A DNA stretch of 64,000 nt from an uncultured Methylophaga sp. (lineage in GTDB: Bacteria; Pseudomonadota; Gammaproteobacteria; Nitrosococcales; Methylophagaceae). Both the position numbers and the translations under genes were made by a program. The stretch covers positions 23,945 to 87,944 of the forward strand of contig NZ_CAMYKO010000007.1 of assembly GCF_947259025.1 (NCBI RefSeq), written 5' to 3'. Below, piece by piece: positions 38,916-47,573 of the stretch (position 1 is the stretch's first letter; each line of letters starts with the position of its first letter). Under the pieces are notes generated by a model. The model had not been told where the DNA came from. It saw nothing but the letters and a program-made list of their open reading frames with translations, and made no database searches.

Positions 38916-40361
38916 CTAATGCAGCACTGGTTCAAACAGATCGGCATTGAGCCAGAGGTGAAGCCAGATACTGGCTGCATAACCCAGCGCTATTGCCCAG
39001 ATCCATTTAAGGTGACTGAAGAAGGTGTAAATCCCTCTGGCCTGACCCATTACGGCAACACCGGCAGCTGAACCCACCGACAGCAATGAACCGCCGACAC
39101 CGGCGGTCAGAGTGACCAGCAGCCACTGACCGTGGCTCATCTCCGGCATCATCGATAAGACTGCGAACATGACAGGAATATTATCCACTACGGCAGAAAT
39201 CAGACCGACCAGAATATTGGCCGTGGTCGGACCCAGATCGCCGTACATCAGTTCCGAGCCCATCGCCAGGTAGCCGATAGTGCCCAGCCCGCCGACACAG
39301 AGAATAATGCCGTAGAAAAACATCAGCGTATCCCATTCAGCGCGCTCGATCTGACGGAAAATATTAAATGGTTTTTTGCCTTCGCCGACCTGCTCCAGTT
39401 CCATCATCAGTCGTGACTCACGCAGTTTAAGCACATAGCCGTAAATCTTAAGGAAACCAAGACCGGTCATCATGCCCACCACCGGTGGCAAATGCAGGAA
39501 GTTATGGGCGCAGACCGCCATCGCAATAGTCAGCAGGAACAGGCCGATAACCACAAAGGCGCCGTCCTTGAGCACGGCTTTATCGCCGCTTGATTCAGGC
39601 GTGACTGCTTTGACAGTCAAAGACATCAGGAACGCCGGGATTAGCCAGTTCACCAATGATGGCAGGAACAGCGCGAAAAACTCATGGAATTCAACCACCC
39701 CTTTCTGCCAGACCATCAGCGTGGTGATATCGCCGAAGGGACTGAAAGCGCCGCCGGCATTGGCAGCCACCACGATGTTGATACAGGCAACGCCAACAAA
39801 ACCCAGATTATTGCCGCCCACGGCCATGACCACGGTGGCCATCAGTAATGCCGTGGTGAGATTGTCGGCCACCGGTGAGATGAAAAAGGCCAGTAGGCCG
39901 GTCAGCCAGAAAATCGTTCTCAGGGAAAAGCCCTTGTTAATGAGCCAGGCTCGCAGACTGTCGAATACGCCGCGCTCGCCCATGGTGCCGATGTAAGTCA
40001 TGGCCGCCAGCAAAAACAAAAATAATTCGGCGTATTCGAGGAGGTTGTGACGGATCATCACCTCGGCCGTGTGATGGTAGGCCGAGTCAGGCTGCTGTGC
40101 GTAAACAAAGGCAATCAGGGCCCAGATCAGGCCGGCGGCGACCATCACCGGCTTGGACTTGCGCATATGGATTTCTTCTTCCACCACCACCAGGGCATAG
40201 GCGAAGATAAACAGGACAATGGCGGTATACCCTACCCAGTGTTGGGTCAGATCCAGCAATTTCACCGCTTCCGCCGCCTGGGCCAGTTGCGGCATCATCC
40301 ATAAAACCAGTCCCAGCAATGCCGCCGGCAGGGCGACGTTGCCCCGTGATTGCGCATTCAC
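38916..40361 (-). CDS. nhaD: Na+/H+ antiporter NhaD
   Basis: SPVADNLTTAL, NAGGAFSPFGDITTLMVW, SAVVDNIP, GGSLLSVGSAAGVA. Confidence 0.9.
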   Translation of the reverse strand: MNAQSRGNVALPAALLGLVLWMMPQLAQAAEAVKLLDLTQHWVGYTAIVLFIFAYALVVVEEEIHMRKSKPVMVAAGLIWALIAFVYAQQPDSAYHHTAEVMIRHNLLEYAELFLFLLAAMTYIGTMGERGVFDSLRAWLINKGFSLRTIFWLTGLLAFFISPVADNLTTALLMATVVMAVGGNNLGFVGVACINIVVAANAGGAFSPFGDITTLMVWQKGVVEFHEFFALFLPSLVNWLIPAFLMSLTVKAVTPESSGDKAVLKDGAFVVIGLFLLTIAMAVCAHNFLHLPPVVGMMTGLGFLKIYGYVLKLRESRLMMELEQVGEGKKPFNIFRQIERAEWDTLMFFYGIILCVGGLGTIGYLAMGSELMYGDLGPTTANILVGLISAVVDNIPVMFAVLSMMPEMSHGQWLLVTLTAGVGGSLLSVGSAAGVAVMGQARGIYTFFSHLKWIWAIALGYAASIWLHLWLNADLFEPVLH

Positions 40362-40446
40362 GTCACAAGTCCTTATTCAGATTTAAGTCAACGCGCAATC
40401 ATACTCCGCCGGGCGGGCAAAGCAACTACTCAATTTGGGTTAGTGA

Positions 40447-40917
40447 CTAGCTGATAACGCTCTTGTAAAAGCCCTGTGAGGCGTCTTCGACCAGATCAAA
40501 CACATGATCAAAGCCATTCTGGCCGCCGTAATAAGGGTCGGGCACATCCTGTTCATCACGCTGCGGCGCATAGTCAAGGAACAGCTTGACCTTGCTTTGA
40601 TACTCAGGCGGGCAGGCATCCATCAGGATGGCGTAGTTGTCCTGATCCATCGCCAGGATATGATCAAACATCTCAAAGTCATTGCGGGCGAATTTGCGGG
40701 CACGGATAAACGACAAATCAATGCCGCGCTGGCGGGCAGTCTGCTGCGCGCGGCCATCGGGCTCTTCTCCAACATGATAGGCATGGGTACCAGCGGAGTC
40801 GATCAGAAAACGGTCACGGGTACCAGACTGTTCCACCAGGCGGGTAAACACACCTTCGGCGGTGGGGGAACGGCAGATATTGCCCATGCATACAAACAAG
40901 ACTTTGATTTGGCTCAT
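40447..40917 (-). CDS. Low-molecular-weight protein-tyrosine phosphatase
   Basis: VCMGNICRSP P-loop; DVPDPYYG. Confidence 0.93.
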   Translation of the reverse strand: MSQIKVLFVCMGNICRSPTAEGVFTRLVEQSGTRDRFLIDSAGTHAYHVGEEPDGRAQQTARQRGIDLSFIRARKFARNDFEMFDHILAMDQDNYAILMDACPPEYQSKVKLFLDYAPQRDEQDVPDPYYGGQNGFDHVFDLVEDASQGFYKSVIS

Positions 40918-40926
40918 CTTTCCTCT

Positions 40927-41808
40927 TTAAACTTGAGACAGTAAACGGTCAATCATGGATTCGGCCTGGCCCAGATAGCCACCACCGAATAAATTCAGAT
41001 GATTGAGAATGTGATAAAGATTATATAGCGTTTTGCGTTGCTGATAACCGCTGTCGACCGGATATTCGTCATTGTAGGCGGTAAAGAAATCAGCGCCGAA
41101 GCCACCGAATAACTCGGTCATGGCCAGGTCGGCCTCACGATCACCGTAGTAGCACGCGGGGTCGAAAATCACCGGCTGACCTTGATCATCGCCGGAAGCA
41201 TTGCCGCCCCATAAATCACCATGCAACAAGGCCGGCGTGGGATTATGGCCGTCCAAAATTTTATCCAGATCAGCCAGTAACTTTTCGCCCTGACTCTGCA
41301 GCCGTCCACCAAAGCCATTACCGGCGGCAAAGCGCAGTTGTTGTCCCAGTCTTTCCTGTTGCCAGAAGCTCAGCCAGTCATGGCTGCGATCATTAATCTG
41401 CGGCGTACTGCCGATGGTGTTATCCATATGCCAGCCGAAGTACGGCTGCGCCACTTTGTGCATTTGCGCCAGTTGCTTGCCCAGCGTCGTGGTCGCGCCA
41501 CCGCGCATACTGCCGAGTGGGATGTATTCCAGCGCCAGGTAACTATGGCCGTCAGCGACACCGAAACCAATGACTTCGGGCACTCTGACCGATTGTGTGG
41601 CCGCCATTTCCTGCAGGCCATGCGCTTCTGCTTCAAACATCTGTCCCAGGTTGGGACTGTTGACCTTGATGAAATAGGAGGCATCACCGTTATCCAGGCG
41701 GTAAGCGCTGTTAATACAGCCGCCACCGATGCTGGAAATAGTGGCATTTTGCAGGTTTTTACCGGTGGCCGTTTCAATTTCGCTGATAATCGCATTGAAT
41801 TGTGCCAT
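40927..41808 (-). CDS. Fructosamine kinase family protein
   Basis: GGGCIN, LLHGDLWGGN, FDPACYYGDREADLAM. Confidence 0.92.
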   Translation of the reverse strand: MAQFNAIISEIETATGKNLQNATISSIGGGCINSAYRLDNGDASYFIKVNSPNLGQMFEAEAHGLQEMAATQSVRVPEVIGFGVADGHSYLALEYIPLGSMRGGATTTLGKQLAQMHKVAQPYFGWHMDNTIGSTPQINDRSHDWLSFWQQERLGQQLRFAAGNGFGGRLQSQGEKLLADLDKILDGHNPTPALLHGDLWGGNASGDDQGQPVIFDPACYYGDREADLAMTELFGGFGADFFTAYNDEYPVDSGYQQRKTLYNLYHILNHLNLFGGGYLGQAESMIDRLLSQV

Positions 41809-41896
41809 GTGGAATTCCTCTGGTTGCGGCAACTAGACATCGCTTGCCGGAGTGTTAAGCTGAGCATACATTTTGCCAAGCGCGAGGAGGTTGTCA

Positions 41897-42589
41897 ATGA
41901 CAGCACAGAAAAGCATGAATCCAAAACAACGCGTTGCTGTCCACGCGGCCAATCTGGTGGAAGTCGATATGGTGGTGGGCTTGGGCACAGGCTCCACAGC
42001 GAATCTGTTTATTGAGGCGCTGGCCGAACGTAACCGGGATGAACAGCTCAATCTCACCGTGGTCAGTAGTTCGGCCATCAGTGCGGTAAAGGCTGAGCAA
42101 GCCGGTCTCAACGTTACTGCTATCGATACGCTAAACCATATTGATATGTATGTTGATGGTGCCGATGAAGTCACGCCGGATCTGACTTTGCTTAAGGGCC
42201 GTGGTCAGGATCTGGTGCGGGAGAAACTGCTGGCTTCAGCCGCCGATCAGTTTTACGTGCTGGTGGATGAAGGCAAACTGGTCGAACAAATCGGCGACAA
42301 GTTTCCTATCCCCGTTGAGGTCATGCCAGAAGCCTGGAAACTGGTGCTGGGCGAGTTGAAAAAGCAGGGCGGTCACGGCGAATTAAGGCTGAACGCCGGT
42401 GGTGATAATGTGGCAGTGACTGCGCATGGCAGCCTGGTGCTGGATATGCACTTTGAGCATGTCGACAGTCTGGAGCTAACCATGATGCTGGATACCATTC
42501 CCGGTGTTGTCGAGCACGGTATTTTCAGTGAACTGGCCACCGCCGTGTTCATTGGCGGCGAGCAGGAAGTGGAAGAGCACTGGCGTTAG
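41897..42589 (+). CDS. rpiA: Ribose-5-phosphate isomerase A
   Basis: GAGGAGG RBS; VGLGTGST, DGADE, KGRG, GVVEHG. Confidence 0.92.
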   Translation: MTAQKSMNPKQRVAVHAANLVEVDMVVGLGTGSTANLFIEALAERNRDEQLNLTVVSSSAISAVKAEQAGLNVTAIDTLNHIDMYVDGADEVTPDLTLLKGRGQDLVREKLLASAADQFYVLVDEGKLVEQIGDKFPIPVEVMPEAWKLVLGELKKQGGHGELRLNAGGDNVAVTAHGSLVLDMHFEHVDSLELTMMLDTIPGVVEHGIFSELATAVFIGGEQEVEEHWR

Positions 42590-42595
42590 AGAATT

Positions 42596-42811
42596 AACCA
42601 CAGAGCCACAGAGATTATGGCGTAGAAAAAAATCTATCCGCAGATTACGCTGATTTTCACAGATTTATAAAATAGTTTGCCGGAACAGTGATCCAGAAAA
42701 ATATTAATTGAGATGGTTCTGCCATTTCTTACTATTCTGAAAATCTGTGTTCATCTGCGTTAATCTGCGGATGACCTAGATAAACCTCTGTGTTCTCTGT
42801 GTCTCTGTGGT
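42596..42811. repeat. Nested palindromic element, copy 1
   Basis: Outer arms ACCACAGAGCCACAGAGA (42597-42614) and CTCTGTGTTCTCTGTGTCTCTGTGGT (42786-42811); inner arms ATCCGCAGATTACGCTGATTTTCACAGATTT (42636-42666) and AAATCTGTGTTCATCTGCGTTAATCTGCGGAT (42741-42772). Confidence 0.88.
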
Positions 42812-42823
42812 GAGTACCAATAT

Positions 42824-43336
42824 TTACTTCTTCAACTCTTCCAGGATGGTTTCGGCTTTGGATTTGCCGAATTCGCCCGAACCTTCAACGCCGATATACT
42901 GAACCACGCCGTCTTTGACGATCATGGCGAAACGATAGCAGCGAACGCCCATGCCACCGCCTGTCATATCGCGATCAAGGCCCAGCGCTTTGGCATACTC
43001 GGCACTGCCGTCTGCCATCATGCGTACTTTACCGGTGGCGTTGTTTTCACGGCCCCAGGCTGCCATGACGAAACCATCGTTAACCGCCATGCACCAGATT
43101 TCATCGGCACCGGCCGCCTTGATTTCATCGGCATGCGCTACAAAACCGGGCAGGTGCTCAGCAGAACACAGTGGCGTAAAGGCACCGGGCACACCAAAAA
43201 TAACAACAGTTTTGCCTTTGACCTGTTCACCGACATCCTGTGGCTCGGGTTTCATCGGACAGCCATTTTCCGGGTCAAAATCGGGGCTTTCACTCAGTTT
43301 ACCCTCGGGCAGGGTTTGGCCAACTTCAATAGTCAT
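42824..43336 (-). CDS. Peroxiredoxin, PRX5-like
   Basis: GVPGAFTPLCSAEHLPG, VNDGFVMAAW, ADGSAEY. Confidence 0.92.
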   Translation of the reverse strand: MTIEVGQTLPEGKLSESPDFDPENGCPMKPEPQDVGEQVKGKTVVIFGVPGAFTPLCSAEHLPGFVAHADEIKAAGADEIWCMAVNDGFVMAAWGRENNATGKVRMMADGSAEYAKALGLDRDMTGGGMGVRCYRFAMIVKDGVVQYIGVEGSGEFGKSKAETILEELKK

Positions 43337-43497
43337 AAGACACCTCTTGTTAGTAGTTCAACAGACTTTTCAGCTTAGCACAGGGCATGCGCCTACTAAC
43401 AAAAAACACGGTTCGCTGACGATGGCCATGGTTTGGTTTTCACCGTTGCTGTGGTTATCATGGCGGTCATTACCGAATCAATAAAAGGAATCCACTC

Positions 43498-44511
43498 ATG
43501 GCTGAACAAATACTGCGTTGGGGTATCCTCGGGGCGGCCCGGGTCAACGATAAACTGATGCCCGCCATTGTCGAAGCGAATAATGCCAAGCTGGTGGCGA
43601 TTGCCAGCCGGCGCCCGGGGGCGGCAGCAGAAACCCTGCAGAAGCATGCGCCCAACGAAAAAGATGCCGAGGCGATGGATGATCCGGAAGCCTTGATGTC
43701 ACGCGATGATATTGACGCGATTTACTTGCCAATGGCCAATGAAGAGCATGCCGAGTGGGCCCTGAAAGCGATTAATCATGGCAAACACGTGCTGATTGAA
43801 AAGCCCATGGCATTGACCGTGGCCGATATTGACGCCATTGAAGCAGCAGCCAAAGCCAATAATGTCACGGTGATGGAAGGCTTTATGTACCGCTTTCATA
43901 CCCAGCATGATTATGTCAGGGAGCTGATTGATTCCGGCAAGATCGGCGAGGTGCGCACCGTCAAGACCGCCTTTGCCTTTCCGATGAAACCGGCGCGCCT
44001 GTATCGCATCAACCGCGATATTGAACACGGCGGCGGGGCGATGTGGGATATTGGCCCCTATGCCGTGCATACGGCCAGACACTGGTTTGATAACGAGCCA
44101 GTGGCGGCGACAGCCATGGCTAAACTCAATGAGCATGGCGCCGATGTCAGTCTCAGCGGCATTTTTGATTTTGAAGATGGTCGCTATGCGCATTTTGAGA
44201 TGAGCTTTGAGCATTGCCGCCGCAGTGAGTATCAGATCCTGGGTACCAAGGGGGGCATTCTCTGTCACGCTGCCTGGCAGCCGCCGACTGAACAGCCATT
44301 GATCAGCTACTGGACCGATGAAGGCGAGAATGAAACCATCGCCCTGTCCACGGCCAACCATTTCAACCGTGAAATCGAACATTTCTCCGATTGTGTATTG
44401 AATGGCAAAGCGCCATTCCTCAGCTTTGCTGATGCCCGTGCCAACTGCGCTGCCATCAACGCCGCCCTTAAATCAGCGAGTGAGGGGCGTACTGTAAAAG
44501 TCGGCGTATAA
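43498..44511 (+). CDS. Gfo/Idh/MocA family oxidoreductase
   Basis: LRWGILGAA, HAEWALKA..GKHVLIEKP, MEGFMYRFH, GGAMWDIGPY. Confidence 0.92.
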   Translation: MAEQILRWGILGAARVNDKLMPAIVEANNAKLVAIASRRPGAAAETLQKHAPNEKDAEAMDDPEALMSRDDIDAIYLPMANEEHAEWALKAINHGKHVLIEKPMALTVADIDAIEAAAKANNVTVMEGFMYRFHTQHDYVRELIDSGKIGEVRTVKTAFAFPMKPARLYRINRDIEHGGGAMWDIGPYAVHTARHWFDNEPVAATAMAKLNEHGADVSLSGIFDFEDGRYAHFEMSFEHCRRSEYQILGTKGGILCHAAWQPPTEQPLISYWTDEGENETIALSTANHFNREIEHFSDCVLNGKAPFLSFADARANCAAINAALKSASEGRTVKVGV

Positions 44512-44524
44512 TGCGACTTTTACT

Positions 44525-44741
44525 AACCACAGAGACACAGAGGGCACAGAGGTTATTTGGCATCATCCGCAGATGACAAAGATGACACCGATTATGCCCA
44601 AGCGTTATTGCTTCTCGCTATTTATCAACTCAAGCCAGAGGCTATTAAGCTTGCTTAAAGGCTATTAAGCTTGCTTAAAATAATCTGTGCTAATCAGCGT
44701 AATCTGCGGATAAATATATTTATCTCTGTGCCTCTGTGGTT
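44525..44741. repeat. Nested palindromic element, copy 2 (inverted relative to copy 1)
   Basis: Outer arms ACCACAGAGACACAGAGGGCACAGAG (44526-44551) and TCTCTGTGCCTCTGTGGTT (44723-44741); inner arms ATCCGCAGATGACAAAGATGACACCGATT (44565-44593) and AATCTGTGCTAATCAGCGTAATCTGCGGAT (44682-44711). Confidence 0.88.
44639..44678. repeat. Perfect 20-bp tandem duplication
   Basis: AGGCTATTAAGCTTGCTTAA twice, inside the loop of element copy 2. Confidence 0.95.
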
Positions 44742-44755
44742 CAAAGCTCTAACCA

Positions 44756-45814
44756 TCAGAATAAATTCATTTGCTGAGGATGAGGCCGGAATAAATCCCG
44801 GTTAAGCGGCTGACGCGGCTGGTTCAACCCCAATCTGGTAATGGCTTTGTTAAAGCGCTGGGCGATCATATCGGCATAGAAACCATGGCCTCGCAGCCTG
44901 TGGCCGAAGCGGGCATCATTGGTTTTGCCATCTCTGGAGTCTCTTAGCCGGTTCATGACGTGCTCGGCCTTATCGGGATAATGGCTGGCCAGCCAATCTT
45001 CGAATAATGCGCTGACCTCTCGTGGCAGCCGCAATAGCAAATATTGTATCGAGCCTGCCCCGGCCTGGACACAGGCCGCCATAATGTTTTCCAGTTCAGT
45101 GTCGGTTAACACCGGGATCACCGGCGCGATCAGTACATCGACTGGTATACCGGCATCACGCAGTGTCCGGATAGTTTGCAGACGTCTGTCAGGGCTGGCG
45201 GCACGGGGTTCCAGACTGCGAGCCAGCGTTTTATCTAGGGTGGTGACCGACAGATTGACCCGCACCAGGTTATCCGCGGCGAGATCGGTCAAAATATCGA
45301 TATCCCGTTCCACCATCGCTGACTTGGTGACGATGGTGCAGGGGTGACGGAAGCTTTGTATTACTTCCAGGATCTGGCGGGTAATTCGCTGCTCTCGTTC
45401 CACCGGCTGATAGGGATCAGTATTGGCGCCCAATGAAATCGGCGAACATTGATAGGACTTTGCCATTAATTCTTTGCGAAGCAGCGCTGCGGCATCGGGC
45501 TTGGCAGTGAGGCGGGTTTCAAAGTCGAGCCCCGGTGACAGGCCCAGATAAGCATGGCTGGGCCGGGCGAAACAATAGATGCAGCCATGTTCGCAGCCGC
45601 GGTAGACATTGATGGACTGGCTGAAAGGCAGATCGGGAGAATCATTACGGGTGATGATACTGCGTGGTGATTCAAAATCCAGCTGCGTTTTGCGTGGCGG
45701 TAATGCCTGCTCCTGATGCCAGCCGTCATCGATTGACTCGCGCTCAAACTCGCTGAATCGACTGTCCCTGTTATCTGAGGTGCCGCGTCCCTTGATGACG
45801 GGAGAACGTAGCAT
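44756..45814 (-). CDS. PA0069-family radical SAM protein
   Basis: NVYRGCEHGCIYCFAR, GANTDPYQPVE, LEPRAASP..RL. Confidence 0.9.
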   Translation of the reverse strand: MLRSPVIKGRGTSDNRDSRFSEFERESIDDGWHQEQALPPRKTQLDFESPRSIITRNDSPDLPFSQSINVYRGCEHGCIYCFARPSHAYLGLSPGLDFETRLTAKPDAAALLRKELMAKSYQCSPISLGANTDPYQPVEREQRITRQILEVIQSFRHPCTIVTKSAMVERDIDILTDLAADNLVRVNLSVTTLDKTLARSLEPRAASPDRRLQTIRTLRDAGIPVDVLIAPVIPVLTDTELENIMAACVQAGAGSIQYLLLRLPREVSALFEDWLASHYPDKAEHVMNRLRDSRDGKTNDARFGHRLRGHGFYADMIAQRFNKAITRLGLNQPRQPLNRDLFRPHPQQMNLF

Positions 45815-46533
45815 TAATCCGAGAGGTAGTACTCGATAGTCGAGACCACGCGGACTTTTTTGATGTGCGGGTTGTTTTTATCGCGCGGGCGGATGCTGAA
45901 CTGACCCTGTGAGGCTTTGCGGATTTTACCCAATTGGCTGTCCGAGTCCTGGGCAAACTTCTGCGCCACTTCGCGGGCTTTGCGGGTGGCTTCTTCAATC
46001 ATGTCCGGTTTGACCTCATTGAGTCGGGTGAACAGGTAGTCTGTCTGTGACTGGTAGTTATTGCCGGTCAGAACAACGCCCTGTTTACCCAGTTCAGACA
46101 GCTTACTCATCACCTGTCTGACAGTATCAATATCCTCGGAGTAGACAGTCACGGTCTGAATACCGGTGTAGCGAAACTGAGCGCGGCTCTGATTGCCGTA
46201 TTGCTGCGCTGATTTGTCAGTGATGGCCGGTGTGCCGATAGTGATATCGTCGCGGTCAATGTCCGCTGAGGTCAGAAAAGCGATAATGGTGTCGGTATTG
46301 CTGTCGATGTCCTGATAGAGACTCTGCAGGGTGTTATCGGCCAACGTGAACTGAATCGGCCAAATCACAATATCTGCAGTAAACTCCTGCTCGGCCAGGC
46401 CTTTGACTGTGACGCTGCGCTCATATTCCTTGACGTTGATAGCAGCGCTGGACAGCAGTGCGCCCAGTACGGTCAGCCCGGCAAACAGGGCGATGCCCAA
46501 CACCAGTGCGTTAAATCGTCCGCTCTCCTGCAT
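45814..46533 (-). CDS. SIMPL (DUF541) domain protein
   Basis: RSVTVKGLAE, KPDMIEEATRKAREVAQKFA, IRKASQGQFSI, VRVVSTIEYYL; TAATG overlap with the radical SAM gene. Confidence 0.88.
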   Translation of the reverse strand: MQESGRFNALVLGIALFAGLTVLGALLSSAAINVKEYERSVTVKGLAEQEFTADIVIWPIQFTLADNTLQSLYQDIDSNTDTIIAFLTSADIDRDDITIGTPAITDKSAQQYGNQSRAQFRYTGIQTVTVYSEDIDTVRQVMSKLSELGKQGVVLTGNNYQSQTDYLFTRLNEVKPDMIEEATRKAREVAQKFAQDSDSQLGKIRKASQGQFSIRPRDKNNPHIKKVRVVSTIEYYLSD

Positions 46534-46583
46534 GACACCCTCCTGGGTAATTGAAGTCGTCTGATTGATTCTAGCAGCTAAGT

Positions 46584-47573
46584 TTATTTACGGGAAAAAT
46601 GTTCGCGGGCATAGTCGATGCGCTGCTGAGGCGTCATTTTATGCTTATTGCCCAGAGCTTCAATCTGCCGCAGCCGCGGTACCAGTCCCTCGCCATTGGC
46701 GACCTGAATACTGAGGCCGGGCCGGGCATTGAGCTCAAGTAATACCGGACCTTTCTGCCTGTCCAGTACGATATCAGTGCCCAGATAACCCAGGCCGGAC
46801 ATTTCATAACAGGACGCGGCAAGATTTAACAGTTGCTCCCAGTGCGGCACTTTCAGTGTGAGCAGATTGGTGCCGGTATCAGGGTGGAGTAGCACAGGGC
46901 GGTCAAATTGCACGGCTTTGAGTGCACTACCATCCCCGATATTCAGACCGACACCCACGGCACCCTGATGCAGATTGGCTTTGCCATTGGAGGCTGAGGT
47001 GGAAAGCCGCATCATCGCCATCACCGGGAAACCCTTGAACACAATGACCCGGGTATCCGGAACACCTTCATAGGTATAGCCGGTGAAGCAGTCATCAAAC
47101 TCAATCAGGCTCTCGATAATCGCTACATCAGCACGACCACCCAACGAGAACAGACCAGCCAGAATATTGGATACATGCCGCTCCAGGTCGCCGATGTTGG
47201 CTATCTGCCCATTGGTTTTGTGGTAGCCGTCATCATCACGACGGGTAATGACCATAATGCCCTTACCGCCGCTGCCATGGGCCGGTTTGATACAAAAACC
47301 GGGCAGGCTGGCGATGAGGCCGGCCAGATCCTTGACTTCGTGTTGCTCGCTGATCACGCCAATTAAATCCGGCGCGGTAATACCGGCATCAAGCACGATT
47401 TGTTTGGTCTGCAATTTGTCATCGACCAGAGGAAACAGGCTGCGGTCATTGTAGCGGCTGATATAGGAAATATTACGCCGGTTCATGCCCAGCACGCCTT
47501 TCTGTGCCAGCCGGCTGGGATGGGCGTATCGTTCGCGCACTTCCCGCAACCAGTTTAGCAAGGGTCCGCTCAT
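46584..47573 (-). CDS. Alpha-L-glutamate ligase-like (RimK-related) ATP-grasp protein
   Basis: LGMNRRN, LVDDKLQTK, IKPAHGSGGKGI, GVPDTR, KANLHQGAVG, LELNARPGL. Confidence 0.92.
   Translation of the reverse strand: MSGPLLNWLREVRERYAHPSRLAQKGVLGMNRRNISYISRYNDRSLFPLVDDKLQTKQIVLDAGITAPDLIGVISEQHEVKDLAGLIASLPGFCIKPAHGSGGKGIMVITRRDDDGYHKTNGQIANIGDLERHVSNILAGLFSLGGRADVAIIESLIEFDDCFTGYTYEGVPDTRVIVFKGFPVMAMMRLSTSASNGKANLHQGAVGVGLNIGDGSALKAVQFDRPVLLHPDTGTNLLTLKVPHWEQLLNLAASCYEMSGLGYLGTDIVLDRQKGPVLLELNARPGLSIQVANGEGLVPRLRQIEALGNKHKMTPQQRIDYAREHFSRK

Noticed and set aside
41338-42015. 225-aa plus-strand ORF
   Set aside because: Antisense to fructosamine kinase and overlaps rpiA; no motif.
42596-44741. 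CRISPR interpretation of the repeats
   Set aside because: Repeats are inverted and nested, not regularly spaced direct repeats with spacers; no cas genes.
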